Counted from the whole stretch's first letter, positions 37,082 to 47,614 are shown. The stretch: 50,856 nucleotides of DNA, filler included, from Sphacelaria rigidula (GCA_964200075.2; 3 parts of 3 records of this genome joined end to end with filler, not necessarily neighbours in it), one strand, 5' to 3'. Numbers and translations: made by a program. Notes: a model not told the origin generated them from the sequence alone.

Positions 37082-37784
37082 CGGTAGAAGCCGACCATTG
37101 ACAAGCATGCGCAGGCACACTGCTCATTAATTTTAATTACGCACACCTTTGCACATGACATGCGGGCGCACACTTGACGGGTCCTTGAAGGGTAATGGGA
37201 TGTTCGTTTGACTAAGTTGATGGAGGAGACACGTTCAACTTGTCATGGAAGTATGGAATGGAATCAGATGTCACAGTATCAGCGAATGAGCGGCGGGTCT
37301 TTCCACCTGCTTGGGCCTTTTTTTGGTCAGCTTGCACCAAACATTTACAGTCGACCTCGAAGCACCACCACCCCAGTGCGATACGCATTAGGCAGAACAG
37401 AACATGAAATATCTCCTTACTTGAGAGCGCATGTGCTACACATATGTACAATACCTGATTTGTTCAAAACGTTTGTGCCCAACTAAAGTAGCATACCTGT
37501 TTATGTAGCACTCATTTTCGCGGAATACGTGAAATGGGTGTTCATTCCAGAAGGCATGTGTTTGATGCAGGTAGAAACGTACTCTTTCTCTGATCGCCAA
37601 TATAAGGGAGGTAAGGAAATCCGTAATATAAGCAAGGTTTGTACTACATGCTCCAAAGGAGGCCATGTAGAGGCATCGTTGGGCGTCGGATGAAGTTTGT
37701 ATGTACAACCGGATCAACCGGATGATGGAAGAAAACAGCAACATTCAAAACGGGCGGGGATGATTCGTTATCATCCCCTGGTTG

Positions 37785-37803
37785 CCTAACCCTAACCCTA
37801 ACC
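37785..37803 (+). repeat. Short interstitial telomere-type (CCCTAA)n tract
   Basis: cctaaccctaaccctaacc, preceded by the hairpin GGGGATGA-N7-TCATCCCC (37756-37778). Confidence 0.55.
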
Positions 37804-38479
37804 GTAAGCTGCCGGCAAGGAGGTACCGAATCACTTCGTCCTTCTCAGAATTGTTGACATTTTTGCGCTTTGGCCCTTGGGCTGCACTCCCGGCAGGAGG
37901 TATGCCTCATCACACGATGGGGAGGCTTTGTTCAGAGTCTCAAAAAGACGATGGTGGTTTCGAGCCACTTCTGATGGGGTAAGAAAATCTTTTTTGGAGC
38001 GAAATTTGAAAAAGACCGGCCCTCGCTGTTTTGCAGGAACGCGGAAAACCGCAAAAAAAACGGTTCGCGAAACCCTGTCTTGGGCTCGAGTTAGACCGCG
38101 TTTTGTGATTACCTTGCTTATATTCGCGATCAGAGGGAATATATGTTCACCGTATGAGCTCGACCGGCCAACAGTGATTTTTGAACAAAGGGTGGAGATA
38201 CGATTGGGAATTCGAAGAGCTAGACGCTGAAATTTTGACATGACATTTCTATCAATCCACGCAACCCTGTGAGTAGAGTAGATGAAAAAAACCAAAACAG
38301 GAAGTTTAAGCGAGTAAAGTTCAGGAAAAAAAAGGAAAATGCCATAGCTTCCTTCAGCGTTGATGAAAACGACAACAGTCCAACATCAACGGGCACTGGC
38401 GTCAACCACATCCTAGTGAAGGTTTAGCCAGAAGTACCTCAAATTGGGCTTCGTGTCGCACCTTTCGTGTGAGACGGCT

Positions 38480-38545
38480 GCACTCGTGGTCCAGCTGATA
38501 CAACAGCCTCAAATCACACAGGTCACGACTTCGAATCCCGACACG
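38480..38545 (+). mobile_element. tRNA-like head (SINE or tRNA pseudogene)
   Basis: A-box-like GTGGTCCAGCTGAT and B-box-like ACTTCGAATCCC at tRNA spacing, but the stems do not close. Confidence 0.3.
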
Positions 38546-40844
38546 ACAAGAACGTTTTGTGCGCATAATCTAATCGTGCACAATCTCTCGTACCTCCGGG
38601 TTGAAAAGGGTCTCGAAATTTTGGTGACGGTCTTGCTTTTGGATGGGGGTATAGCGCAGTTTCAAGTAGTGCCTCTCCCTCGTACGGTGATATAAGACTG
38701 TTGGCTCGGAGGTTCTCTCTCATGATAGACCTTATGACGAGCTTGATGGAATCTTGCAGCACTACCAGTGTGCTCTTACCTGGGCATGTCTGGTGTGCGT
38801 GTGCCTTTGCGGCGCAACGGTCTATCGTTTTTCCACCGCATTCTGTGAAACGAAACGTCTCGAGACACGCTGTCACGCAACGACAAGAGACGTACCCGGT
38901 ACTCAACGCAGTACAATAACACTATCGCCAAAACCGCGCCAATCAAGCAGCGGCGGTGCCGTGTGTTACCAGGTTCGTCTGCAGTTCACAGCGATATGGT
39001 CACGTCGCGCTTATTCGGGGACTTGAGAAGTTGTGGTGTGGAGAGAGAACGTGGGATTTACAGCCGGCCCAGCTCGTAGGATGTGTGTCTGATACAGGCG
39101 GGATGATAAATGATCAGTCTAAGTAGTACGTTCAACAATGGTGATATTCTGGTAGTCTACAAGGCGTTTCCCCAACGAATGGTCACATATCGGTGCGTTC
39201 CGAATATCTTACCCTCGAACACGGGATTTTATGAATGAGGATGGAGATTTTGGGGGGGATATACAAGGGCAAAAGTTGGACCAGAAAATGCAAACACTAT
39301 CCGCGGGTATCCGTACGAACCGCCACGAACATTAAACAGAATATAATTATATGTTGCTTTTCATGTATATCCGTGATTTCATAACCTCCAGTAGTTTCCA
39401 TGAGCCCCATAACGTCCTAAGCAGATTGACCGGCGAGTAATTGAGAGGAAACGGGTCAAAAAAATAATCTGCGTTCACCATTAAAACGGTTGTTACACGG
39501 ATGCAACGACGTTTTGCATTTGTATGATCCGGTCGGATCGCAAATACAAACGATATCCTCCCACGGACACTTTTTATTGACTACCTCGACGTGGTCTCAG
39601 CCTCCCCATGGCTTACTGTCAACACCCACCATGGTAGTTGCTCCGCGGCCCGGCATTGGCTCGCGCCGCTGCCCCGGCCGCTGCCGCTGAACGTCCTCCG
39701 AGACCTCGGGCGACCTATCCGAGAAGTGAAGAAACAACATTTCCAAAAAGTCGATTTTGCACTTTGCGTTCCAACTTTCGAGCTTGTCCATTCCCCCCCC
39801 TCCCCCAAAATCCATCCCCCATTTGTAAAATCTCGTTCTCTCGTCCGGCGTCTACCGGTTTCCACAAGGGCTGTAAAGGGAGGGACCGTTACGGCGACGA
39901 TTATCGCCATGTCGGCGTCATCTTGATTATTTGCACCAATCATGTACAGTCGTGATATCCTCATCCAACACATCTGCAATGCGCTGTACTGAAAGTCTCG
40001 TTGTGTCTCCCAACAGTCTCTCGCTCTGCTCACCTTCTGGCGCTTTCCTGACATGACACTCTGACCCTGGCGACAACAAGCATGTACTACCATGCACACC
40101 ACGTACGCGCGATACAAGCCGAAAATAATGACGTAAAAGTGACTAAAGTAAACATCAGGTAACCCGACATATGAACTCACCTGAGGTTGAAGTGGAAACG
40201 AGAGCAATACATCACTGTTGGTTTCCACGGCACCCGATATGACAAAAGAGATGGAAATATCCAAGCATGGGAGCACAAGCGCGCGTGTATTACGATTCGG
40301 CAGATACGCATACTTTTTTGCGCGTGTGCACATACCAAGTTCGGTATCGAAATTGATATAACTTGCTTTCGACGGTCGCTTGTATCGCTGTTGAGAACGA
40401 AAGACGTCCCTCTTCTATTTATATCTTGTAGCCGTGAAATAGAACAGGATCAAACCAGGCCAGCAGCTCGGAACGTGATCAGGCATCTTCGAGTTCAGGA
40501 CGATTTCCCCTAACTTTGTTGGTGTATATGATCTCCTCCAACGTTGTCAGGCATTCTGCCAGTGTCGAGCAGCTTCCCAAACGTTGGCAGGTGTTCTACA
40601 AGCTCTGAATCGTGTAATACTGCATGCATCATGTCCGGTGAATCACGACTTGGTATTATGTGTTCAAGCTTGTCTGCTATTTCAGAAAGCGCAGGTAGCG
40701 CCTCTTCTTCCCATTGAAGTGCGACGATAGCGTTGTTTTTCAACTCGCTTTCTCCCGCAGCTGACAGCAAAACCCTACGTTGTTTTGCCAATTGTGCTAC
40801 CGCAAAATACTATTTCTCTTCAGGAACACCACGCAACAGAGCTG

Positions 40845-43667
40845 ATGGCCAGCGTGGCAAAAAAGAAGTGCATTAACGAGGGCTGCTCAAAGCGGCCATC
40901 GTATGGTGTACCGGGTTACAAAGCAGAGTTTTGCTCGAAGCATGCCAGGGTGGGAATGGTGGATGTGGTGACCAAGAAATGTGGCAACGAGAACTGCTGC
41001 AAAACACCGTCGTATGGTGTAGCGGGAAACAAGAAGGCGGAGTTCTGCTCAAGGCATGCCAAGACGGGAATGGTGAATGTGGCGGACAGGACGTGCGACG
41101 ACGAGGGCTGCCTCAAGCATCCATCGTATGGTGTAGCGGGAAGCAAGAAGGCGGAGTTCTGCAGCAAGCATGCCAGAGCGGGAATGGTGGATGTGGTGAC
41201 CAAGAAATGCGGCGACGAGGGCTGCTCTACAAGGCCGTCGTATGGTGTGGCGGGAAGCAAGAAGGCGGAGTTCTGCTCTCAGCATGCCAGGGCGGGAATG
41301 GTGGATGTGGTGACCAAGAAATGCGGTGACGACGGCTGCTCGAAGCAGCCGTCGTATGGTGTAGCGGGAAGCAAGAGGGCAAAGTTCTGCAGAACGCACG
41401 CTAAGACGGGAATGGTGAACGTGGCGCACAGGACGTGCGGCGACGAGGGCTGCTCGAAGCAGCCGTCGTATGGTGTAGCGGGAAACAACAAGGCGGAGTT
41501 CTGCTCTCGGCATGCCAGGGCGGGAATGGTGGATGTGGTGAACAAGAAATGCGGTGACGAGGGCTGCTCGAAAAAACCATCATATGGTGTAGCGGGAAGC
41601 AAGAAGGCGGAGGTTTGCTTTCAGCATGCCAGAGCGGGAATGGTGAACGTGGTGAACAGGAAGTGCGACGACGAGGGCTGCCTCAGGCATTCATTGTTTG
41701 GTGTAGCGGGAAGCAAGAAGGCAGAGTTCTGCTCTCAGCATGCCAGGGCGGGAATGGTGAACGTGGTGCACAGGACGTGCGGCGACGAAGGCTGCTCTAC
41801 AAGGCCGTCGTATGGTGTAGCGGGAAGCAAGACAGCAGAGTTCTGCTCTCAGCATGCCAGGGCGGGAATGGTGAACGTGGTGCACAGGACGTGCGGCGAC
41901 GAGGGCTGCTCTACAAGGCCGTCGTATGGTGTAGCGGGAAGCAAGACGGCAAAGTTCTGCAGCAAGCATGCCAGGGCGGGAATGGTGGATATGGCGACCA
42001 AGAAATGCGGCGACGACGGCTGCTCGAAGCAGCCGTCGTATGGTGTAGCGGGAAGCAAGACGGCAGAATTCTGCAGCGAGCATGCCAGGGCGGGAATGGT
42101 GAACGTGGCGAACATGACGTGCGGCGACAACGGCTGCTCTACTAGGGCGTCGTATGGTATAGCGGGAAGCAAGAAGGCGGAGTTCTGCAGCAAGCATGCT
42201 AAGGCGGGAATGGTGTACGTGGCGAACAGGAGATGCGGCGACGAGGGCTGCTCTACAAGGCCGTCGTATGGTATAGCGGGAAGCAAGAAGGCGGAGTTCT
42301 GCAGCAAGCATGCCGAGGCGGGAATGGTGAATGTGGTGAACAGGACGTGCGGCGACGACGGCTGCTCGAAGCAGCCGTCGTATGGTGTAGCAGGAAGCAA
42401 GACGGCAGAGTTCTGCAGCAAGCATGCCAAAGCGGGAATGGTGAACGTGGCGAACAGGAGGTGCGGCGACGAAGGCTGCTCTACAAGGCCGTCGCATGGT
42501 GTAGCGGGAAGCAAGACTGCAGAGTTCTGCTCTCAGCATGCCAGGGCGGGAATGGTGCATGTGGTGACCAAGAAATGCGGTGACGACGGCTGCTTAAAAC
42601 AGCCGTCGTATGGTGTAGCGGGAAGCATGAAGGCGAAGTTCTGCAGCAAGCATGCCAAGGCGGGAATGGTGAACGTGGCGAACAGGACGTGCGGCGACGA
42701 TGGGTGCTCTACTAGGACGTCGTATGGTGTAGCGGGAAGCAAGAAGGCGGAGTTCTGCATCAAGCATACCAAGGAGGGAATGGTGGATGTGCAGAAGAGA
42801 TGCGGCGGCGAGGGCTGCCGGAAGCATCCATCTTTTGGCGTGGCGGGAAGCCACACGGCGGAGTTCCGCTCCAAGCATGACAGGGCGGGAATGGTGGATG
42901 TGGTGACCAAGAAGTGCGGCGGTCAGGGCTGCTGCAAAAATCCGTCGTATGTTGTAGCGGGAAGCAAGAAGGCGGCATTCCGCTCTCACTATGCCAAGGC
43001 GGAGATGGTTCGTGTGGTGAGCTACAAGTCTAGCAAAGAGGGACGCTTGAAATTGGATAATCTCAAGAACGACAACCTTGATGAGGCGATGTTGTGCCGA
43101 CAGCATCCCACTGCGCATAGAGCAGCTACAGTATACGACATGGAATACCTCAGCACCGGGGAGGCGACCCCCACCCGCAGCACAACCGACGGTGGTGGAG
43201 GAAGCGTCGCTGGCGTGCGAGGAACAAAACGCAAGCGCGCAACATGCTTGAGTTCTGGTACAAGCAACGTTGTTGATACTGGACGTAGTGTGTCCCCTGG
43301 TGCCAGGCGTAGTGGTGTAACACCACTGTTACTTTCGGGCCAGCTACCCTCAGGGGCTGGTTGTGAGGTGTCTTCCGTGTCAGGCTTAGGAGCAGGAATG
43401 AAGGTAGAGGTATCAGCTCCTTCTCCTACACACAGTAGCGATGGAATGGGAGAGTGCAGCAGTCAAACTGCCCCTTTGAGGGGTTGGAGCAGCCCAGGTG
43501 GTCAAAGCAGCTCCAACACAAACAGTTGTAGTGTAAGTGCGGGACGGTTATATAGTTCGCCGGCAGTTGTATGTGGGTCTCTTGGCGGGTTCGTTGGTGT
43601 AGAAGCAGTAGAGACGTTGGAGGGTTCAAGCGTGAAGTTGGAGCCAGGAGTGGCGTCCGACAGATGA
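40845..43667 (+). CDS. EsV-1-7 cysteine-rich repeat protein, ~940 aa: 19 tandem repeats plus a low-complexity C-terminal tail
   Basis: Uninterrupted ORF with repeat consensus CGDEGCSxxPSYGVAGSKKAEFCSxHARAGMVNVVxxx (C-x4-C-x16-C-x2-H), typical of the EsV-1-7 family. First ATG is at 40845. An acceptor-like TTTCTCTTCAG at 40813-40823 suggests an upstream exon. Confidence 0.92.
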   Translation: MASVAKKKCINEGCSKRPSYGVPGYKAEFCSKHARVGMVDVVTKKCGNENCCKTPSYGVAGNKKAEFCSRHAKTGMVNVADRTCDDEGCLKHPSYGVAGSKKAEFCSKHARAGMVDVVTKKCGDEGCSTRPSYGVAGSKKAEFCSQHARAGMVDVVTKKCGDDGCSKQPSYGVAGSKRAKFCRTHAKTGMVNVAHRTCGDEGCSKQPSYGVAGNNKAEFCSRHARAGMVDVVNKKCGDEGCSKKPSYGVAGSKKAEVCFQHARAGMVNVVNRKCDDEGCLRHSLFGVAGSKKAEFCSQHARAGMVNVVHRTCGDEGCSTRPSYGVAGSKTAEFCSQHARAGMVNVVHRTCGDEGCSTRPSYGVAGSKTAKFCSKHARAGMVDMATKKCGDDGCSKQPSYGVAGSKTAEFCSEHARAGMVNVANMTCGDNGCSTRASYGIAGSKKAEFCSKHAKAGMVYVANRRCGDEGCSTRPSYGIAGSKKAEFCSKHAEAGMVNVVNRTCGDDGCSKQPSYGVAGSKTAEFCSKHAKAGMVNVANRRCGDEGCSTRPSHGVAGSKTAEFCSQHARAGMVHVVTKKCGDDGCLKQPSYGVAGSMKAKFCSKHAKAGMVNVANRTCGDDGCSTRTSYGVAGSKKAEFCIKHTKEGMVDVQKRCGGEGCRKHPSFGVAGSHTAEFRSKHDRAGMVDVVTKKCGGQGCCKNPSYVVAGSKKAAFRSHYAKAEMVRVVSYKSSKEGRLKLDNLKNDNLDEAMLCRQHPTAHRAATVYDMEYLSTGEATPTRSTTDGGGGSVAGVRGTKRKRATCLSSGTSNVVDTGRSVSPGARRSGVTPLLLSGQLPSGAGCEVSSVSGLGAGMKVEVSAPSPTHSSDGMGECSSQTAPLRGWSSPGGQSSSNTNSCSVSAGRLYSSPAVVCGSLGGFVGVEAVETLEGSSVKLEPGVASDR
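40869..43028 (+). repeat. Coding minisatellite, 19 units of 114 bp (units 1 and 17 are 111 bp)
   Basis: Counted from the translation. Units 18-19 have lost the third Cys, and a relic 20th unit (..MLCRQHP) follows. Confidence 0.92.
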
Positions 43668-44861
43668 TGGATGATGCTGTTCCTTGTACTGATCTTGTCT
43701 AGATTACGCGGGGAGTATGCTGGACGTCATTTTGCACAACCCGCCCCCTCAAACGGAAAGTGGCTGGTACGGATTGGTTTGCTCTGTCGATGCGGAGGAG
43801 GTCGTGAGGTTGCGGGGTCCTGATATCGCAATGCTATGTTCCACCAGTGTGTCGTGGACCGTTGATTTGTACAGTTGTGATCGCCATGTGTCTTGCAGTC
43901 ATGTGCCGAGAGCTGCCCCAAGGTAGATGCACTGTAAAAGTCGGCCACCGAATGAAACGTGACAGCTGTTGACGTACAACTCATGCAGCAATTATGTCCA
44001 GCTTTCTCTCATAATGTTGTGCGATCTCCGAGGTGCATGTCTCTAGCACTACGATGAATGCACGGAGGCGGAGAGAGGCGTTCGACTTGTCACCTTCGCT
44101 CATCTCACACCTGCATGTGTATCCCAAACCAGAGCGCAGGTGTTGTCTCACATTTATGTTCAGACATTGGAGGCATGAGCAAAACTACAGAAGGGGTGCA
44201 CTTTTTGCGCAAAATCTTGTCTGGTTGTGGCGCCAAGTGCGAAAAGGTATATCGACCAATCAGCGCCCGTCAAATTGGTCCGAAATCGAAATTCCTTCGA
44301 GGCTCTTGAGGCTGAAAAGGCTTTTACTGAACCGAAATTCTAAAAGGGTCCGCCCCGTCCTATCCTATGCTATCCGTCCGGACCTCATCACGAAGCTCCG
44401 AACTACGCACGTCTTTTCCCGGATTGATTCGAAGCCGTGCTTCGCGAAAAAACCATCCCATCGTTCTTCAAGCATAGATCGAGACGCCCTCAACAAGTTT
44501 GAGCTTATTTAGTGCTCATGGCGTTGTGTTTCGCCTTCGTCTCTGGGCGCACTCGAGGACACTTCCAATTCGACCCCTTTTGGCCAGATCGAGTCTTCAC
44601 TTAACTTCTCAGACTTGACTGTCGCAACTTCAATCGAGGCACGTTTGGAGGTTGGAGGCATCACATGCAGCAACCGCTTTTCCGAATTTTGTCCAACACC
44701 CTCAAGAAGGGTCAGCTTCATTGCTGCTCTCTCCGTTGTCTTTGCTTGTGCGTGCCGACACCGTCCGTGCCTGCGGTGGAGGGGGTATTGAAATGCGTGA
44801 TCGACGTTCACCGCCATACACCGACCGGACCATTCTGGGGGCATCCTAACAACGAACAATC

Positions 44862-45304
44862 AACACAGGATCTTACAAATTGGGGATGGATCTTTTACTG
44901 GGGATGATAAAACCGAAGGATTAAAATCTTCGTGTTCACACCAAATCTTCAAATATGGTTCCATTTCTTCACCTACTGATGGCTATCGACAACTGCTACA
45001 CGCTATAGAAATTTGGATTTCGATTACCAAAATGTTGGGGCCCTAGGTGGGAAAACAAATTCGGAACAATTTTGGCGTCCGTTCGAACACCCGGAATTCC
45101 CCAAATTTGATCTTTCCACCTAGGGCCCCAACATTTCGGTGATCGAAATCCAAATTTCTATGGCGTGTAGCAGTTGTCGATAGCCATCAGTAGGTGAAGA
45201 AATGGAACCATATTTGAAGATTTGGTGTGAACACGAAGATTTTAATCCTTCGGTTTTATCATCCCCAATAAAAGATCCATCCCCAATTTGTAAGACCCCG
45301 TGTT
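44862..45304. mobile_element. Foldback MITE with ~195-bp highly similar inverted arms
   Basis: About 44862-45060 is the reverse complement of about 45103-45304 with few mismatches, around a ~40-bp spacer. Confidence 0.85.
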
Positions 45305-45559
45305 TATCGGACATGCAACTGGTCTGAACTAATCTCGGTTTCCATGTGGACAAACGGCGAGAGTAGGGGTTCCCGCCATCGAAGAGTACGAGGGCAATAC
45401 GGACGTTCACTTTTCGCTACCAGCCCTACTACGAGCGAACTCAGATCGGGTTGTCACGTGAACGTTTGCCCGGAGAGCGGAGAGGTCAGATAACAAGGAT
45501 GGACCGACCAGAAAATCAGCCTAAGGGGGAGCGACCAGAAGGTGAGCCTGGCTGTGTCA

Positions 45560-46655
45560 AATTCGCAAGGAGTTCGCATCTACTGTTGTCACCGCTGTCT
45601 GTGTTGGTCTTTATTCTGTCTTTGCCGTCTCGCCTTTTCTCAGTCCACTCTCGCTTCCTCTCAGACGTCTTGCGCTCTTCTCTCATGTAGTAGGTCCGAG
45701 TTTCGTTCTATTTCTCGTTTGTTCCATCTTCGGTGTTTGGAGAATGTTAGGGTTGGTCACGTGCTGAGTTGGCATCAAACTCACTTGAGAAACGTCTGCG
45801 TAATCCAGGTGAACTATCCGCATCGGGGTGTTGGGGTTAAGACACTCTGACCCCTCATGCGCTGCCAGTATAGCTTCACACCGTCTATACCGTCTTTGTT
45901 TACACGGGTGGCCACTGGGGTCTGTAACCTCGCCATTTTGGGACCTTATCCACATTTGGTAAGGTCCGCGGATTAGGTGGACAACTGAGGAGCATTTGCA
46001 CAGCATGGACCGGTTCGAAACAAAGCATATCCAGTCTACAGGGGAGTCACCCGTCTATAGACTGGGACATGTTTTGTTTCGATCCTGTCTATGCTGTGAG
46101 AATGCTCTTCAGTTGTCTACCCAACCCGCGGACCTTGCCAAAGGTGGATATGATCCCAAAATGGCCAGGTTGCAGACCCCAGTGGCCACCCGTGTAGTAC
46201 TTGGCAGAGGCATCGGCAGCATGCAGTGAACTGTGTTTCAGTGGAGAGCGATGGCACGTTTATACCGTCTCTTGCCGTTGTACCAAGTGAAGAAATACAG
46301 CGCACATACGGTCCGACTCTGCACACAATTGACTGCAGGGTCAAAGCTGTAGTCGAATCCGCAAGGAGTTCGCATCTACCGTTTGTCATCGCTGTCTGTG
46401 TTGATCTATCTTCTGTCTTTTTTGTCCTGCGTCTCCTCAGGCGTGTTGCGTTCTTCTCTTCTCTTTTAGGTCTGGACATTGGTGACCTAGATTAAGTGCA
46501 TTTACTCTGTTGTCTCATGTCGTTTCATCTCTCGTTTGTTTCATCTTCGGTGTTTAGAGAACGGTAGGGTAGGTCACGTGCTGAATCGGAATCAAACTCA
46601 CTAAAAAACGTGTGCGTGATCCAGGTGGACTACCCTCATCACGGTGTAAGGACTA
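45560..46655 (+). repeat. Two diverged direct copies (about 45560-45840 and 46355-46655) of a composite unit ending in the piggyBac-like terminus seen at 144-1254
   Basis: Both begin CGCAAGGAGTTCGCATCTAC and end GGTCACGTGCTGA..ATCAAACTCAC..ATCCAGGTG.ACTA..GGTGT..(T/C)TAA. Copy 2 contains GGACA|TTGGTGACC, resembling an LTR end plus primer-binding site. Confidence 0.55.
45903..46194. mobile_element. 292-bp foldback MITE with TA target duplication
   Basis: TA|CACGGGTGGCCACTGGGGTCTG...CAGACCCCAGTGGCCACCCGTG|TA. The arms pair almost to the centre. Confidence 0.85.
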
Positions 46656-46949
46656 ACTCTTATACATCGACACCCCCGCAGCTGGATTGAGCTGGACTAT
46701 GCCACCATTGAGGCGTAGAACTGCTATTTTCTCGCTACGCAAAAAGCCTTTTCATGAACATGTGGATGTTAGTCATCTATATGGAAATAAGTTCGGAAAA
46801 CCCCTGAACAATTTTGACCCTGCAGTCATTTGTGTGCAGAGTTGGTGTATGTGCGCTGTATTTCTTTACTGGGAACAACGGCAAGAGGTAGTATAAACGT
46901 GCCATCGCTCTCCACTGAAACACAATTTACTGCGTGCTGCTCATGCCTC
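46207..46949. mobile_element. Element with ~140-bp long TIRs enclosing captured repeat fragments
   Basis: 46207-46350 is the imperfect reverse complement of 46808-46949. No TSD seen. Confidence 0.6.
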
Positions 46950-46967
46950 AGCTTTTCCTCCATCTTC

Positions 46968-47614
46968 CGAATTTTCGTTCATTTCGAACACTGTGAATTT
47001 GATCCTGTACTGAGCTGATGACAACACGTTCCATTTCCATCGGTGCTGTCAACAGACTGTGTGTGTTGTCATTCGACTGATGGTTGAAGCCGATCTACAC
47101 CTGTTGGGCATGGTGTAAGGAAAAACCCGGTGTCTTCACCGGGGCGAATGGCTACTGCTGTGTTTCGTGCAATCCTGTCAACTCGAATTTTCGTTCATTT
47201 CGAACACTGTGAATTTGATCCTGTACTGAGGTGATGACCACACGTTCCATTTTCATCGGTGCTGTCAACAGACTGTGTGTGTTGTCATCCGACTCATGGT
47301 TGAAGCCGATCTACACCTGTTGGGCATGGTGTGGAGGAAAACCCGGTGTCTTCACCGGGACGAATGACTATGACTGTGTTTCGTGCAATCCTGTTAACTC
47401 GAATTTTCGTTCATTTCGAACACTGTGAATTTGATCCTGTACAGAGCTGATGACCACACGTTCCATTTCCATCGGTGCTGTCAACAGACTGTGTGTGTTG
47501 TCATCCGACTTATGGTTGAAGCCAATCCACACCTGTTGGGCATGGTGTGGGGAAAAACCCGGTGTCTTCACCGGGGCCAATGGCTACCGCTGTGTTTCGT
47601 GCAATCCTGTCAAC
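46968..47614. repeat. Tandem repeat, 3 x 216 bp
   Basis: Units start at 46968, 47184 and 47400. They are highly similar and each contains the hairpin CCCGGTG-TCTT-CACCGGG. Confidence 0.92.

Noticed and set aside
39581-40333. 250-aa minus-strand ORF
   Set aside because: No recognisable motif, and it reads through a splice-donor-like site and repeat-like DNA.
40916-43118. Many long overlapping ORFs on both strands within the repeat array
   Set aside because: They are shadows of the 114-bp coding repeat. Only the frame giving the C/C/C/H pattern is continuous.
17884-43667. Functional cluster of GLO1, EGF protein and EsV-1-7 protein
   Set aside because: The EsV-1-7 gene lies on a different scaffold joined artificially.
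40845-43667. Integrated phaeovirus (provirus) region
   Set aside because: No viral core genes or gene-dense intronless neighbourhood. EsV-1-7 repeats are common in host genes.
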